From: Synergistetes bacterium HGW-Synergistetes-1
GTDB lineage: Bacteria > Synergistota > Synergistia > Synergistales > Synergistaceae
NCBI GenBank assembly: GCA_002839185.1
Contig: PGXO01000004.1
Coordinates: forward strand, 276,806-340,805
DNA length: 64,000 nt
Direction of reading: 5' to 3'
The position numbers and the translations under genes were made by a program. Below, in pieces: positions 19,584-29,321 of this stretch; within the stretch, counting starts at the first letter, position 1; every line of letters starts with the position of its first letter. The notes beneath the pieces were generated by a model. It searched no databases. It worked only from the letters and a program-made list of their open reading frames with translations, and was not told where the DNA came from.

Positions 19584-20484
19584 GCCGACAGAGATGCGCA
19601 GCACAAAATGTGTAGAGCTGGTGCGCAATAAACTTGGCAGAAAAACTAAAGTCGGACACGGAGGCACACTTGATTCCACAGCCTCCGGTCTTCTTATTAT
19701 CCTTATAGGCGCTGCGACAAGGCTTAGCAATTTTGTCATGGATATGCCGAAGTCTTACGAGACTGTTGCATGTCTGGGTGTTGAAACATCTACCGATGAT
19801 GCATCGGGCGAAATCATCCGCAGGAACGGCTGTGGAAATATCAGCGAAAAAGATATTGATCTGGCTCTTCCTTCTTTTTTTGGCTGGAGGATGCAGGCTC
19901 CGCCGGACATATCTGCTGTCCACGTTGACGGACGGAGAGCACATGAACTTGCAAGAGAGGGACATGATGTCCATATCGAAATGAAGCCAGTTTTTTTTGC
20001 TTTTTCTTTAAGAACAAGCGTAATATCGGATGACTGCAAAGTTTCTTTCCGGATAAACTGCAGGAAAGGCACCTATATCAGAAGCTTTGTAAGAGATATG
20101 GGACAGATTCTTGGTTGTGGAGCACACGTGAGCGAGCTTAAAAGGCTAAGCTGCGGACCCTTTGAACTGGATAACGCGCTGGATGCAGCGTTATTGGAAG
20201 AGATCAGCAAAGAGGATCTGGCAGAAAAAGTAATTCCCCTTGAAAGCGTTTGTCCTGCAGCAGCATCTTACCTATGCGGGGAAGAAGAGACAGAGAGGCT
20301 TATCAATGGTCAGCACATCTCTCTGCATAGGCTGAAAAGAGAGAACTTTGCAAGATACTCAAGCACTTCCGGGGACATGATAGTAAGATCTGAAAAGATA
20401 TTTTCCATCTGTAAATTCAAAGATCAGGGCAAATCATACGACCTTTTGCCTGCAGTCAATATAATCAACGACAGGAGCAATTGA
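19555..20484 (+). CDS. truB: tRNA pseudouridine(55) synthase
   Basis: GHGGTLDSTASGLL catalytic block. 29-nt overlap with nrnA. Confidence 0.93.
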   Translation: MMTGLLLLNKPTEMRSTKCVELVRNKLGRKTKVGHGGTLDSTASGLLIILIGAATRLSNFVMDMPKSYETVACLGVETSTDDASGEIIRRNGCGNISEKDIDLALPSFFGWRMQAPPDISAVHVDGRRAHELAREGHDVHIEMKPVFFAFSLRTSVISDDCKVSFRINCRKGTYIRSFVRDMGQILGCGAHVSELKRLSCGPFELDNALDAALLEEISKEDLAEKVIPLESVCPAAASYLCGEEETERLINGQHISLHRLKRENFARYSSTSGDMIVRSEKIFSICKFKDQGKSYDLLPAVNIINDRSN

Positions 20485-20485
20485 A

Positions 20486-21412
20486 ATGATTTTTGCACTA
20501 GGAGCCTTTGACGGTTTTCATCTGGGTCATCAGCGTCTGCTTGAGACAGCTAAAGAGCGTGCTGCCAAAGCTGGAACTGAATGGGGAGTCATTACCTTTG
20601 AGGGACATCCTCAGCTGGTTTTCAATAAAGACACATTCAAACTCCTATTCACTCCGGAAGAGAGAGACATGCTGATAAAGTACCTCGGCATACCTGTTGC
20701 GGACAAAGTGCCTTTCAACATTACCCTGGCAGACATGCTTCCGGCTGATTTTTTGGACCATATTGCCAAGAGGATATCGATAGAAGGGCTTGTAATAGGA
20801 GAGAATTTCCGCTTTGGAAGAGCCAGGATAGGAACTCCGGAACTCCTCGCAGAACTTTGCGAAGAACGCGGATGGTCTCTTGATGTTATTGGTTCATACA
20901 GGCTTAACGGCGGCATAGTAAGCAGCACCTCTGTCAGAGAGGCTGTCCTGAGAGGCCAGGTCGAGTCTGCCTGTGAGATGCTTGGTTATCCCTTTATGAT
21001 ACAAAGTAAGGTCATAAAAGGCGACGGAAGGGGCAGAGTGCTTGGATTTCCAACAGCAAACCTCTCTGTGAGGCCCAATAAGATCTATCCGGCCAGGGGA
21101 AGCTATGCAGGAATTTCCCATATTAATGGGAAATGGTATCCCGTTGCTCTTAATATCGGATATAACCCTACTTTTGAAGGATCAAGAGGGCTGCACTGTG
21201 AAGCTCATATCGTTGGTTTTGACGGAGATCTTTATGAGAAAACCATAACGCTGCACATTGTTTCCAGAAATAGGGAAGAGATGAAATTTGCCGGTGCTGA
21301 TGCCCTTGTACAGCAGCTTAAAAAAGACATAAGGCACGCCAAAGCCAAAGCAGCGGAGTATATGAAAAGCTCAGCAGCGCAGCTTGATAGGTTTGCGAAG
21401 CTTATTCTTTGA
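20486..21412 (+). CDS. ribF: Bifunctional riboflavin kinase / FMN adenylyltransferase
   Basis: GAFDGFHLGHQ nucleotidyltransferase motif and a C-terminal riboflavin kinase block (GFPTANL ... PTFE). Confidence 0.95.
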   Translation: MIFALGAFDGFHLGHQRLLETAKERAAKAGTEWGVITFEGHPQLVFNKDTFKLLFTPEERDMLIKYLGIPVADKVPFNITLADMLPADFLDHIAKRISIEGLVIGENFRFGRARIGTPELLAELCEERGWSLDVIGSYRLNGGIVSSTSVREAVLRGQVESACEMLGYPFMIQSKVIKGDGRGRVLGFPTANLSVRPNKIYPARGSYAGISHINGKWYPVALNIGYNPTFEGSRGLHCEAHIVGFDGDLYEKTITLHIVSRNREEMKFAGADALVQQLKKDIRHAKAKAAEYMKSSAAQLDRFAKLIL

Positions 21413-21456
21413 CATGAGGGCGTAGCTGACGTATTATTGTCACCGTGTCCTAAATT

Positions 21457-21730
21457 GCTGCCGCGGGAGTCAATAGGGAATCGATAGGAAATCAATAGGC
21501 AGTCAATGGGTAATGCCTACGGCGAAGATCGTGCCGTGGGAATCAATTGCAATTCGGTTGGGAGTCAATTGGTAAGATTTTAGGATTACACAACTGATTT
21601 GCTATCGATTCCCAATTGATTACCAATAGAATCTCGCGGCACAGCCATTGCCGCAGCTCCTAACAACTGATTTGCAACCGATTACCAATAGATTACCAAT
21701 AGAATCCCGCGGCACGTTTTCTGCCGCACC
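21457..21730. repeat. Foldback element (AATCRRTT arms, GCGGC-type hairpins, short asymmetric centre ggtaagattttaggattacacaac)
   Basis: Left arm 21457-21580, right arm 21593-21730. 40 nt (21563-21602) are identical to 40069-40108. A 41-nt module (21614-21654) is identical to 32846-32886. Confidence 0.85.
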
Positions 21731-21762
21731 CAGGCTTTTTAATTGAAGGAGGACGATTTTCC

Positions 21763-22803
21763 TTGTTGAGGTATCTAAGATCACACGTTAAGTCAATAAT
21801 GATAGCTGTAATAGTTTTGTTTGTGGTTTCCATCTTTGCCGGTTATGGTCTCTATGCCCGCTCCGGAAAGGGGTCAGATGGTCAGAGAGATTATGCTGTT
21901 GCTGAGATAAACGGGAAAGATGTTATGCGTTCTGACATAGAAAAAGGAACGATGCAGCTTGCTGAACAGCTTGGTTCAGAAAAAGAGGTCACATCTGCGG
22001 ATATTCCTCTCATGAGGAAAGCTATTCTTGACAGCACAGCGATAGAGGCCGAGCTCGAAAAAGAGATCAAAAGCCGCAATATCGAAGTGACTGAGGATGA
22101 GATAGATGAGGCTTATACAAACATAATGGACAGCTATCCTACAAGGGAAGAGTTCAAAGCATTCATGGAACGCTCAGAAATAACAGAAGTTCAGGTAAAG
22201 TCAGATATCAAAAAGCAGATATCGCAGAAAAAGGTTATGGATGCGCTTGCTGCAGAGATAAATGTACCTGATGATGAAGCGCGCAAGTTCTATGACTCAG
22301 CCAAGACTTTCCTCTATAAACAGCCTGCAGGATTTAAGGTAAATATAGCTACTTTCAAGAGCAACGAAGCCGCCAAGCTTGCTCAGAAGTCGATCGAAGG
22401 CGGAGAAGGCTGGGATAAGGTCATGGATCAGCACAAAGCTGACATAATGACATCGACGCCTTACGATAAACCTGTGCTTATAACAGTACAGATGATGGTC
22501 GATTCACTTGCTGCGCTGAAAGATCTCCCGCTCAACAAAGTCTCGCCTGTTATGCCTGTTACCAGCAGTGATTCCTATGTTGCGATAAAACGGAGCAAAG
22601 AGGCAGAAAAACAGCTGAGCTACAATGAAGTAAGTGCAGATGTAGTTGCGATGATAAAAAACCAGAAAGCTCAGGAAAAGCAACAGGAGTTTTATGAGGA
22701 GCTTCTTTCCAGGGCAAAGATAAAGATCCTTGATCCCGAAATTTTCCCTGCTCCGACATCGGCTGACATAAAAACAGAGGTAAAATCTGAAGATAAGCAG
22801 TAA
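21763..22803 (+). CDS. Membrane-anchored SurA_N/PpiD-like periplasmic chaperone (parvulin-like region degenerate)
   Basis: N-terminal TM anchor, a SurA N-terminal-like helical region and a weak parvulin-like segment. TTG start after gaaggagg. Confidence 0.6.
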   Translation: MLRYLRSHVKSIMIAVIVLFVVSIFAGYGLYARSGKGSDGQRDYAVAEINGKDVMRSDIEKGTMQLAEQLGSEKEVTSADIPLMRKAILDSTAIEAELEKEIKSRNIEVTEDEIDEAYTNIMDSYPTREEFKAFMERSEITEVQVKSDIKKQISQKKVMDALAAEINVPDDEARKFYDSAKTFLYKQPAGFKVNIATFKSNEAAKLAQKSIEGGEGWDKVMDQHKADIMTSTPYDKPVLITVQMMVDSLAALKDLPLNKVSPVMPVTSSDSYVAIKRSKEAEKQLSYNEVSADVVAMIKNQKAQEKQQEFYEELLSRAKIKILDPEIFPAPTSADIKTEVKSEDKQ

Positions 22804-22821
22804 CAAGCCCCATTAAAGGTA

Positions 22822-22850
22822 TTGACAAAGCCAGTCTTGAGCAATAAAAT
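22822..22850 (+). promoter_or_regulatory. Promoter of the tRNA-Ser/tRNA-Arg pair
   Basis: -35 ttgaca, 17-nt spacer, -10 taaaat, 10 nt before the tRNA 5' end. Confidence 0.7.
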
Positions 22851-22860
22851 AGCCCCTGTT

Positions 22861-22956
22861 GGTGAGGTGGCCGAGCTAGGCTGAAGGCGCTCGCCTGCTA
22901 AGCGGGTAGGGTGGCCAAAACCGCCCTCCAGGGTTCAAATCCCTGCCTCACCGCCA
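22861..22956 (+). tRNA. tRNA-Ser (anticodon GCT), long variable arm, CCA encoded
   Basis: Acceptor ggtgagg/cctcacc, anticodon loop ctgctaa, variable arm gggtggccaaaaccgccctc, T-arm cagggttcaaatccctg. Confidence 0.9.
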
Positions 22957-22970
22957 TCAAATAAGGAATT

Positions 22971-23047
22971 GCGCCGGTAGCTCAACTGGATAGAGCATCG
23001 GACTACGGATCCGAAGGTTACGAGTTCAAATCTTGTCCGGCGCGCCA
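22971..23047 (+). tRNA. tRNA-Arg (anticodon ACG), CCA encoded
   Basis: Acceptor gcgccgg/ccggcgc, anticodon stem tcgga/tccga with loop ctacgga, T-arm acgagttcaaatcttgt. Confidence 0.9.
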
Positions 23048-23056
23048 TTGGAAACA

Positions 23057-23091
23057 AAGGAGTCCCGTCTGTATAGACGGGACTCCTTTTG
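23057..23091 (+). terminator. Rho-independent terminator after tRNA-Arg
   Basis: aaggagtcccgtct-gtat-agacgggactcctt-tt. Confidence 0.8.
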
Positions 23092-23099
23092 ATTAAGCG

Positions 23100-23347
23100 G
23101 CAATTGGGGCATCTCGGAGCGCTGCATTAGTAATTTGCCATTGTGAAACTGCGGCCGGAGAAATGCCGCGTGAAGCGGCGATTATTATCGCCGTGAAGCG
23201 ATTGTTTTTCAAGACGTCCGAACTATGGTTTCATCTTAAACGACTGCTTCACTCTCGCTTCACGTGACTGTATTTGTCGCAGTTTCACAATTGTAACCAT
23301 TGTTTCACAACCGTTTCACGCCGGAGTTTTTCCTGCAGCTTCACTAC
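23100..23347. repeat. Mosaic repeat: family F 21-mer, left arm of GTGAAAC/GTGAAGC units with GCGGC hairpins, right arm of GCTTCAC/GTTTCAC units
   Basis: gcaattggggcatctcggagc is identical to 3184-3204. Left: ttgtgaaactgcggccggagaaatgccgcgtgaagcggcgattattatcgccgtgaagcgattg. Right: ctgcttcactctcgcttcacgtgac ... cagtttcacaattgtaaccattgtttcacaaccgtttcacgcc. Confidence 0.7.
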
Positions 23348-23393
23348 AACCCTTTGCTAAGCCAGAAGGGACAGAGATCTCATTGCTTGAGAC

Positions 23394-23427
23394 AAAAAAA
23401 GCGGTCCCGTCTTTTGACGGGACCGCT
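23394..23427 (-). terminator. Rho-independent terminator of the minus-strand symporter gene
   Basis: On the minus strand: gcggtcccgtc-aaaag-acgggaccgc followed by T7. Confidence 0.8.
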
Positions 23428-23453
23428 CGCCGGATGGCTGGAAACAACTTAAA

Positions 23454-24692
23454 TTAGAATTTCTCTCCTTCAGACCTGGCAACAACTGCCGAGACGCACA
23501 TGTCGCCTGTGACGTTGATGGAGGTGCGGGCCATGTCGAGGACTGCGTCGATACCTGCTACAAGTCCGATACCCTCAATAGGGAGACCGGCAGAGGTGAG
23601 GACCATGGAAAGCATGATCAGTCCTGCTCCGGGAACGCCTGCTGTACCAATTGAGGCCAGGGTCGCTGTGAGGAGGATGCCGACCTGTGCACCTATAGAG
23701 AGAGGAATTCCGAATGCCTGTGCAACGAAGAGAGCGCAGACGCCCTGATAAAGGGCGGTTCCGTCCATGTTGATCGTGGCTCCCAATGGGAGGACAAACG
23801 ACGAAACTTTTTCTGATACTCCGAGGTTTTCCTGGACGTTTCTCATTGAGATGGGGAGAACTCCGGAGCTTGAACGTGTTACGAAAGCTGCGAGCATCGC
23901 TTCTTTAACTCCGTTGAAGAACCAGAGCGGTGATTTCTTGACGAAAACCGTGATCAGGCTTGAGTATACGAAAACAGCCTGGAGGAAACAGCCAAGATAT
24001 ACCGCGAATATGACCTTCGCAAATGGAGCAAGGACTGCAGGGCCATACTTTGCCGCAGTAACGGCGATGAGTGCAAAGATGCCGAGGGGTGCAAATTTCA
24101 TGACGATCCCGGTCATTTTGTACATCGTCTCAGCCAGGGATTCAGTGAACTGAAGGAATATCTTTCCTTTTTCCCCTATTAGGGTAGCAGATACTCCAAG
24201 GAAGAGGGCAAATACGATGATCTGAAGCATTGAACCGCTGACAAGGGCTTGCAACGGATTTGACGGGACTATGCCGAGAAGGACATCGACCATGCCGGCC
24301 GCTGCCTTTGCTTCTCCTGCAGCGCCTTCAATACTGAGTCCCACTCCGGGCTGGATGATATTGCCGAGGATCAGACCGAAGATTATCGCTACAACAGTTG
24401 TAGATAGATAGAGAACGATCGTCTTTACTCCAATGCGACCCAGAACTTTAGGGTCTCCTATCGATGCCGCACCTGTGATGATGCTGGCAAAAACAAGGGG
24501 AACGATGAGCATTTTCAAGAGTCCGAGGAAGATTTTACCAATGAGGTCAAGAAGGGGGATAAGGAAATTTGAGATGAAGGTACTTGATTGCTGCATCGGG
24601 CCAATTACGAACCCTAAAACGATACCAATTACGAACCCGATGGCTATCTTCCAGATAAGGGGCATCTGTTTTTTCTCCTGCATTCGAATCAC
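23454..24692 (-). CDS. Dicarboxylate/amino acid:cation symporter (DAACS family)
   Basis: Family motifs TRSSSGVLP, ATINMDGTALYQG, IGTAGVPGAGLIML, VLDMARTSINVTGD. Confidence 0.9.
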   Translation of the reverse strand: MIRMQEKKQMPLIWKIAIGFVIGIVLGFVIGPMQQSSTFISNFLIPLLDLIGKIFLGLLKMLIVPLVFASIITGAASIGDPKVLGRIGVKTIVLYLSTTVVAIIFGLILGNIIQPGVGLSIEGAAGEAKAAAGMVDVLLGIVPSNPLQALVSGSMLQIIVFALFLGVSATLIGEKGKIFLQFTESLAETMYKMTGIVMKFAPLGIFALIAVTAAKYGPAVLAPFAKVIFAVYLGCFLQAVFVYSSLITVFVKKSPLWFFNGVKEAMLAAFVTRSSSGVLPISMRNVQENLGVSEKVSSFVLPLGATINMDGTALYQGVCALFVAQAFGIPLSIGAQVGILLTATLASIGTAGVPGAGLIMLSMVLTSAGLPIEGIGLVAGIDAVLDMARTSINVTGDMCVSAVVARSEGEKF

Positions 24693-24847
24693 TCCTTAAG
24701 AAATGTTTTTTGATAAAAATAAATCCAAAGGCCTTAAGAGATACAGCCCTATATCTCTTACGTTAATTTTAGCATAAATGATAGATAAACAAGCAAAAAG
24801 CACTAAATGATTTAAAGAGGATAAAACTTTTCCTAATTGTAGATGCT

Positions 24848-24856
24848 TGTTATAAT
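24848..24856 (+). promoter_or_regulatory. Candidate extended -10 element (TGtTATAAT) for the cbiM operon
   Basis: tgttataat sits 26 nt upstream of GTG 24882. There is no convincing -35. This argues against the ORF-maximal start at 24843. Confidence 0.4.
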
Positions 24857-24881
24857 CTTTAACTATAAGGAGTTGATTGCC

Positions 24882-25874
24882 GTGCATATGGCCGACGTAC
24901 TTGTTTCTCCTGCAGTTGGCGGTGTTTTTTGGATTGTCAGCGCGTATTTGACAGCAAAAAGTTCTGCCGTATTGAAAAAAAGTGATGATACAGGCAAGAC
25001 TGCATTGATGGGCGTGCTTGCCGCCTTTGTATTCGCGTCACAGATGATTAATTTTTCTATCCCTGGGACCGGATCAAGCGGGCACATAGGAGGAGGACTG
25101 CTGCTGTCCATATTCCTGGGTCCTGAACGGGCATTCCTTTCAATGGTATCGATACTGGCAGTACAGGCACTCTTCTTTGCGGACGGTGGGCTGCTGGCAT
25201 TAGGGTGCAACATTTTCAACATGGGATTTTTCCCCTGCTTCATTGCCTATCCATTTATTTATAAAAAATTATCCGAGAAGATAGGCGGAACCAAAGGAAT
25301 ATTCTGGGGTTCGCTAATTGCTTCAATAGCAGGCCTTACCATGGGAGCATTCTTTGTTGTTCTTCAGACTGCGTTTTCAGGGATCACTTCTCTTCCTGTA
25401 AATATTTTCCTGCTTCTGATGCTTCCCATACACTTTGCAATAGGTGCGGTGGAGGGCTTTGCTACAGCTATGGTCGTAATTTATGTATATTCAAAAATGC
25501 CTGGGGTGCTGACTGAGTTGGAGACTGAGAGTCGTCATAAGGAAATGAAACGGGCGGTCGCAGTTTTTGCCCTGCTTGCCCTCGTGACCGGCGGACTTTT
25601 TGCATGGTACGTATCTTCTTCTCCCGACGGACTCGAATGGTCGATAGAGGGTGTTGCAGGTAGTTCAGAATTAGAGGCTCCGCGGTCATTACTTCATTCT
25701 TTCTCAGCTTTGATCCAGGAACGGTTTGCTCCGTTACCTGATTATGCCTTTAAAAACAAAGCAACTTCCGAAAATATGGGTACAACAGTTTCAGGCTTAG
25801 TGGGAAGTATTATAACCCTGACACTTGCTCTTGCCCTGGGAATGTTCTTTAGAAAAAGAAATGGCCGGCCGTGA
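24882..25874 (+). CDS. cbiM: ECF-type cobalt/nickel transporter substrate-capture component, CbiM-like with a fused C-terminal PDGLE (CbiN/NikN-like) domain
   Basis: The N-terminus reads (M)HMADVLVSPAVGG from GTG 24882, with aaggag 9 nt upstream. Polytopic CbiM body. C-terminal SSPDGLEWS motif. Confidence 0.8.
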   Translation: MHMADVLVSPAVGGVFWIVSAYLTAKSSAVLKKSDDTGKTALMGVLAAFVFASQMINFSIPGTGSSGHIGGGLLLSIFLGPERAFLSMVSILAVQALFFADGGLLALGCNIFNMGFFPCFIAYPFIYKKLSEKIGGTKGIFWGSLIASIAGLTMGAFFVVLQTAFSGITSLPVNIFLLLMLPIHFAIGAVEGFATAMVVIYVYSKMPGVLTELETESRHKEMKRAVAVFALLALVTGGLFAWYVSSSPDGLEWSIEGVAGSSELEAPRSLLHSFSALIQERFAPLPDYAFKNKATSENMGTTVSGLVGSIITLTLALALGMFFRKRNGRP

Positions 25875-26656
25875 GGCTGAAGGATCTTTACAGGACAGAG
25901 ATATATGATGAAAGGAGAGGCACTTCTTTTTCGCCTATCGTTCTTCTTGCTGTAACACTTGTTTACACCGTTGCAGTTGTTTCTTTTGACCGTTATCAGA
26001 CATTCAGGATGCTCCCGCTTGCCGCATATCCAATTTTTATGGGATCATTTGCGTGCGTATCCGGTAGGGATCTTTTCAGGAAGATACTGACAGTCTTGCC
26101 TTTCGTTATTTTCATAGGCATTTGGAATCCATTTTTTGACACAACACGCACAGAATATCTCGGTATTATGATCTCAATGGGATGGATATCATTTTTCTCC
26201 TTGATCCTGAAGTTTCTGCTGATTGTTCCAGCTACGCTTATAATGGTAGCTGCAACAGGCTTTGATGGACTTTGCAGGACCGCCGCATCTCTTGGGCTTC
26301 CCGATGTTCTTGTTACACAACTTTTTCTTCTCCAGCGTTATATCAGGCTTCTGGTTGAAGAAACACATAATATCGTCAGGGCCAGGGTTTTCAGGGGTGG
26401 TAAAATAACTATTGCAAATGCCGGAAATATTTGCGGTCCTTTGCTGCTCCGGTGTCTCAGCAGATCGGAGAGGATCCACAGCGCTCTTATGTGCAGAGGT
26501 TTCGGCGGACAGCTTTACCACAAGCATGGAAGAGAGAACAGATTATCAGTGCATGATCTGATATTTGTTTTGACCTGGGGCGTATTCTTTTCTATGGTGC
26601 GAATGTTTGATATGCCAATAATAATTGGCGACCTGATAGTAGGGTGTGTATTTTGA
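25871..26656 (+). CDS. cbiQ: ECF transporter transmembrane (T) component CbiQ
   Basis: 261-aa polytopic protein between cbiM and the ATPase. ARVFRG loop typical of EcfT/CbiQ. Confidence 0.8.
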   Translation: MRLKDLYRTEIYDERRGTSFSPIVLLAVTLVYTVAVVSFDRYQTFRMLPLAAYPIFMGSFACVSGRDLFRKILTVLPFVIFIGIWNPFFDTTRTEYLGIMISMGWISFFSLILKFLLIVPATLIMVAATGFDGLCRTAASLGLPDVLVTQLFLLQRYIRLLVEETHNIVRARVFRGGKITIANAGNICGPLLLRCLSRSERIHSALMCRGFGGQLYHKHGRENRLSVHDLIFVLTWGVFFSMVRMFDMPIIIGDLIVGCVF

Positions 26657-27387
26657 AGGTTTTTGAAATCGAAAATATCTGCTATTCTTACCCGGATGGA
26701 ACGAAAGCGCTGAACGATCTTTCTTTTTCAGTATATGAGGGAGAGATACTGGGCATAGCGGGTGCGAACGGTTCCGGAAAATCGACGCTTCTTATGCTGA
26801 TGATGGGCTGTCTCTCTCCTTTACACGGAAAGATAATTTATGAAGGAGAGAAACTCAGCAAAGAGAAACTAATGATCATGAGGCGTGCGACGGGAATTCT
26901 CTTCCAGGATCCTGACGATCAGCTTTTTCTCCCTACCGTATGGGAGGATGTTGCCTTTGGCCCTCGAAACCTCGGCCTGACCGAGGAAGAAGTGGCGTCA
27001 AGAGTTAAAAGCGCACTGCGTGATACCGGAATAGAGGTGCTTGCAAATAAGGCGCCATGGAAATTATCAGGTGGCGAAAAAACACTTGCTGCACTGGCAG
27101 GTCTTTTTGCAATGAGGCCCAAAACTCTGCTGCTTGACGAGCCGACTTCAGGACTGGACCCTAAAAGCAGGCGTGAACTGATAAATATAATAGGCAGGAC
27201 AAAAATTACCGCTGTCATTGCCACGCATGACCTGGACATGGTGATGGATGTCTGCCAAAGGGTAGTTATTATGAAAAACGGGACCATTGAAAGTGATGGA
27301 AAGGTACCAGGAATTCTTACAGATCGAAAGTTTATGGCATCGTGCGGACTTGAAATACCTCTCAGCCTTACGAGCCGTTTCAGTTAG
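26644..27387 (+). CDS. cbiO: ECF transporter ATP-binding component CbiO
   Basis: Walker A GANGSGKST, signature LSGGEK, Walker B LLLDEPTSGLD. Confidence 0.92.
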   Translation: MCILKVFEIENICYSYPDGTKALNDLSFSVYEGEILGIAGANGSGKSTLLMLMMGCLSPLHGKIIYEGEKLSKEKLMIMRRATGILFQDPDDQLFLPTVWEDVAFGPRNLGLTEEEVASRVKSALRDTGIEVLANKAPWKLSGGEKTLAALAGLFAMRPKTLLLDEPTSGLDPKSRRELINIIGRTKITAVIATHDLDMVMDVCQRVVIMKNGTIESDGKVPGILTDRKFMASCGLEIPLSLTSRFS

Positions 27388-27396
27388 GAGAAAATT

Positions 27397-29004
27397 ATGT
27401 TTCTATTCAGATCTTTACCCGTATTGCCTTTACCGGTGTTAAGCCTGTTGCTGCCACTAGCCGCAGCTTTTCTTCCTCTTGGTTTTTATATATACAAAAG
27501 GATCAAATGCTGGCATAAATATGAAGAATGTGTCTGCGAAATTAATTTGAGGTTTTTAAAGATATTTTTTCTTGCCGTTCTATCGGCCAACCTTTTTCTT
27601 ACGTGGTCGGTATGGACAAGTATGGGAAAGGGCGGAACGGAACTATTTGTTCTGAGCAGCGGCGGATGGTCCCAAACTCTCTCTCCTGACAGTCCGATGC
27701 TTATTAAGGCAGTGCTTCAGGTAGATGTCTTTGGCGCGATGTCTGCCTTTCTGATGGGCTGCATAGCCTTTATTGCCGGACTTACTGCCATGGCTGACAA
27801 GAATGATACGATCAACCTTTCAAAGGTGAGCTTTTTTCTCACAACACTTGCAGGAATACAGGGGATCTTTTACTCAGGAGACTTATTCTCACTCTTTATT
27901 TTCATACTTATCTCACAGATCGGAGCATCAGGACTTTTCCATGGAATATTGACCAAAAAGGAAGAAATAAAAGAACTTGTCTGGTATTACCTTTCAAGAT
28001 CAACAGCATTGCTTATGTTCCTGGCAGGAGTTGGGCTATTTTATTATAATTATAAGACAACGAATATCGCAGTTTTATCTACAATGATAAAACTGGGAAC
28101 AAATGAAAAATTTGCGTATGCACTTCTCATCGTTCCGCTTTTTTTCATGTTTGTAAAGTCATCTTCATATGTAACCGACGGTTCAAGACGGGTATTTTTT
28201 GCAATACGGGCACAAGCGGCACTTTTTGTGGTTTTCAGGATCGTATTTTCCCTCTACGGTCCCCTTCACGGACTGGAAAAGATCCCGAATCTATTCATCA
28301 TGCTTGGCTTGATATTGCTTGTCGTATCCCTGATCCTGACTGCGAATGAAAAAGATCCTGTGAAGTTTGCTGAGGCAGCAGAGCTGTTCATGAAGGGGTT
28401 CCTGGTCATCTCAATGGGAATAAGCATCAGCGGAACATACGCAGCTCAGGCTGCTGCAGAGTATGGTTTTGGGGCGATCGAGAGCATGGTCGCGCTTTGG
28501 ATCCTTTTCCTGCCTGTCTCAGCGACCCTTTCGTTTGTTTGCTGCACATTGAAGCAGAAGACAGCTGAAGGTGAATTATGGCAGCAGCAGGGACTTTTTA
28601 GAAAGATACCTATTTCAGGTGTTGCATTTTTCTTTGCAGTCTGTGTGATCGCCGGACTCCCGCCATTTGTCGGCTTTCCTTCAAAACAGTTCCTTTACAG
28701 GTCTTCGAGTTACATTACACCGCTTCTGACGATATTTCTTCTGATATCCGCCCTGCTTATGCTTTTGATATCTATCCGTTACATTTCAAAAGTGATGTTC
28801 GGCAAGCCATCGGAGAACTCTGAAAATATAAGAAATGACGATGTTCAGGTGATAGTTCCGCTGATAATCCTTTTCGCTTTTCTCTTTTATTCCACAGTAA
28901 CTCCCTCGCTTTTTATCAACTCTATGGTCTCACCTTCTGTCTATTCCCTGCTCAATAGGGGACAGCTGGTCAACGCGATCCATCAGGGAGGGGTTTCTGA
29001 ATGA
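27397..29004 (+). CDS. Divergent proton-conducting antiporter-like membrane subunit (NuoL/M/N - MrpD - HyfB family, PF00361-like)
   Basis: About 14 predicted TM helices. LQVDVFGAMSAFLMG and GDLFSLFIFILISQIG blocks match the family layout, but the TM5 Glu position is not acidic. C-terminal AGLPPFVGFPSK hallmark. aggag SD. Confidence 0.55.
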   Translation: MFLFRSLPVLPLPVLSLLLPLAAAFLPLGFYIYKRIKCWHKYEECVCEINLRFLKIFFLAVLSANLFLTWSVWTSMGKGGTELFVLSSGGWSQTLSPDSPMLIKAVLQVDVFGAMSAFLMGCIAFIAGLTAMADKNDTINLSKVSFFLTTLAGIQGIFYSGDLFSLFIFILISQIGASGLFHGILTKKEEIKELVWYYLSRSTALLMFLAGVGLFYYNYKTTNIAVLSTMIKLGTNEKFAYALLIVPLFFMFVKSSSYVTDGSRRVFFAIRAQAALFVVFRIVFSLYGPLHGLEKIPNLFIMLGLILLVVSLILTANEKDPVKFAEAAELFMKGFLVISMGISISGTYAAQAAAEYGFGAIESMVALWILFLPVSATLSFVCCTLKQKTAEGELWQQQGLFRKIPISGVAFFFAVCVIAGLPPFVGFPSKQFLYRSSSYITPLLTIFLLISALLMLLISIRYISKVMFGKPSENSENIRNDDVQVIVPLIILFAFLFYSTVTPSLFINSMVSPSVYSLLNRGQLVNAIHQGGVSE

Positions 29005-29318
29005 TTTCGACATTGGAAACAGGATATTTTATATGGAATTTCACTGCCTGGCTAAAAATTTACCTTCTCTCCGCAGGAGTTTTTTGCCTTTTGACGTTCA
29101 TTATCAAAAAAAATACCGGTGGCAGCCTCGTAAGCAAAAAAATGATGCGTGGATGTGAAAGAGATATTGATGAGGGTTTTTTTGAGCAGATAGTGAGTTC
29201 GTTTAGAAGCAGGATCATGCAGCCATGGTTCGATTTTCCTTTTTCTCATATCTTGTCTATTGTTTTGCTTTTCCTGCTTTTTGCTGTAGCACTTTTTTCG
29301 AAAAGCGGGGTCGAATAA
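29001..29318 (+). CDS. Small two-TM membrane protein, unknown function
   Basis: 105-aa ORF translationally coupled (ATGA) to the upstream gene. Two hydrophobic helices flank a charged loop. Confidence 0.5.
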   Translation: MISTLETGYFIWNFTAWLKIYLLSAGVFCLLTFIIKKNTGGSLVSKKMMRGCERDIDEGFFEQIVSSFRSRIMQPWFDFPFSHILSIVLLFLLFAVALFSKSGVE

Positions 29319-29321
29319 GCT

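Noticed and set aside
24693-24881. Cobalamin or NiCo riboswitch ahead of cbiM
   Set aside because: The region is AT-rich and lacks a B12 box or paired GC-rich helices. A plausible extended -10 lies only ~26 nt before the start, leaving no room for a riboswitch.
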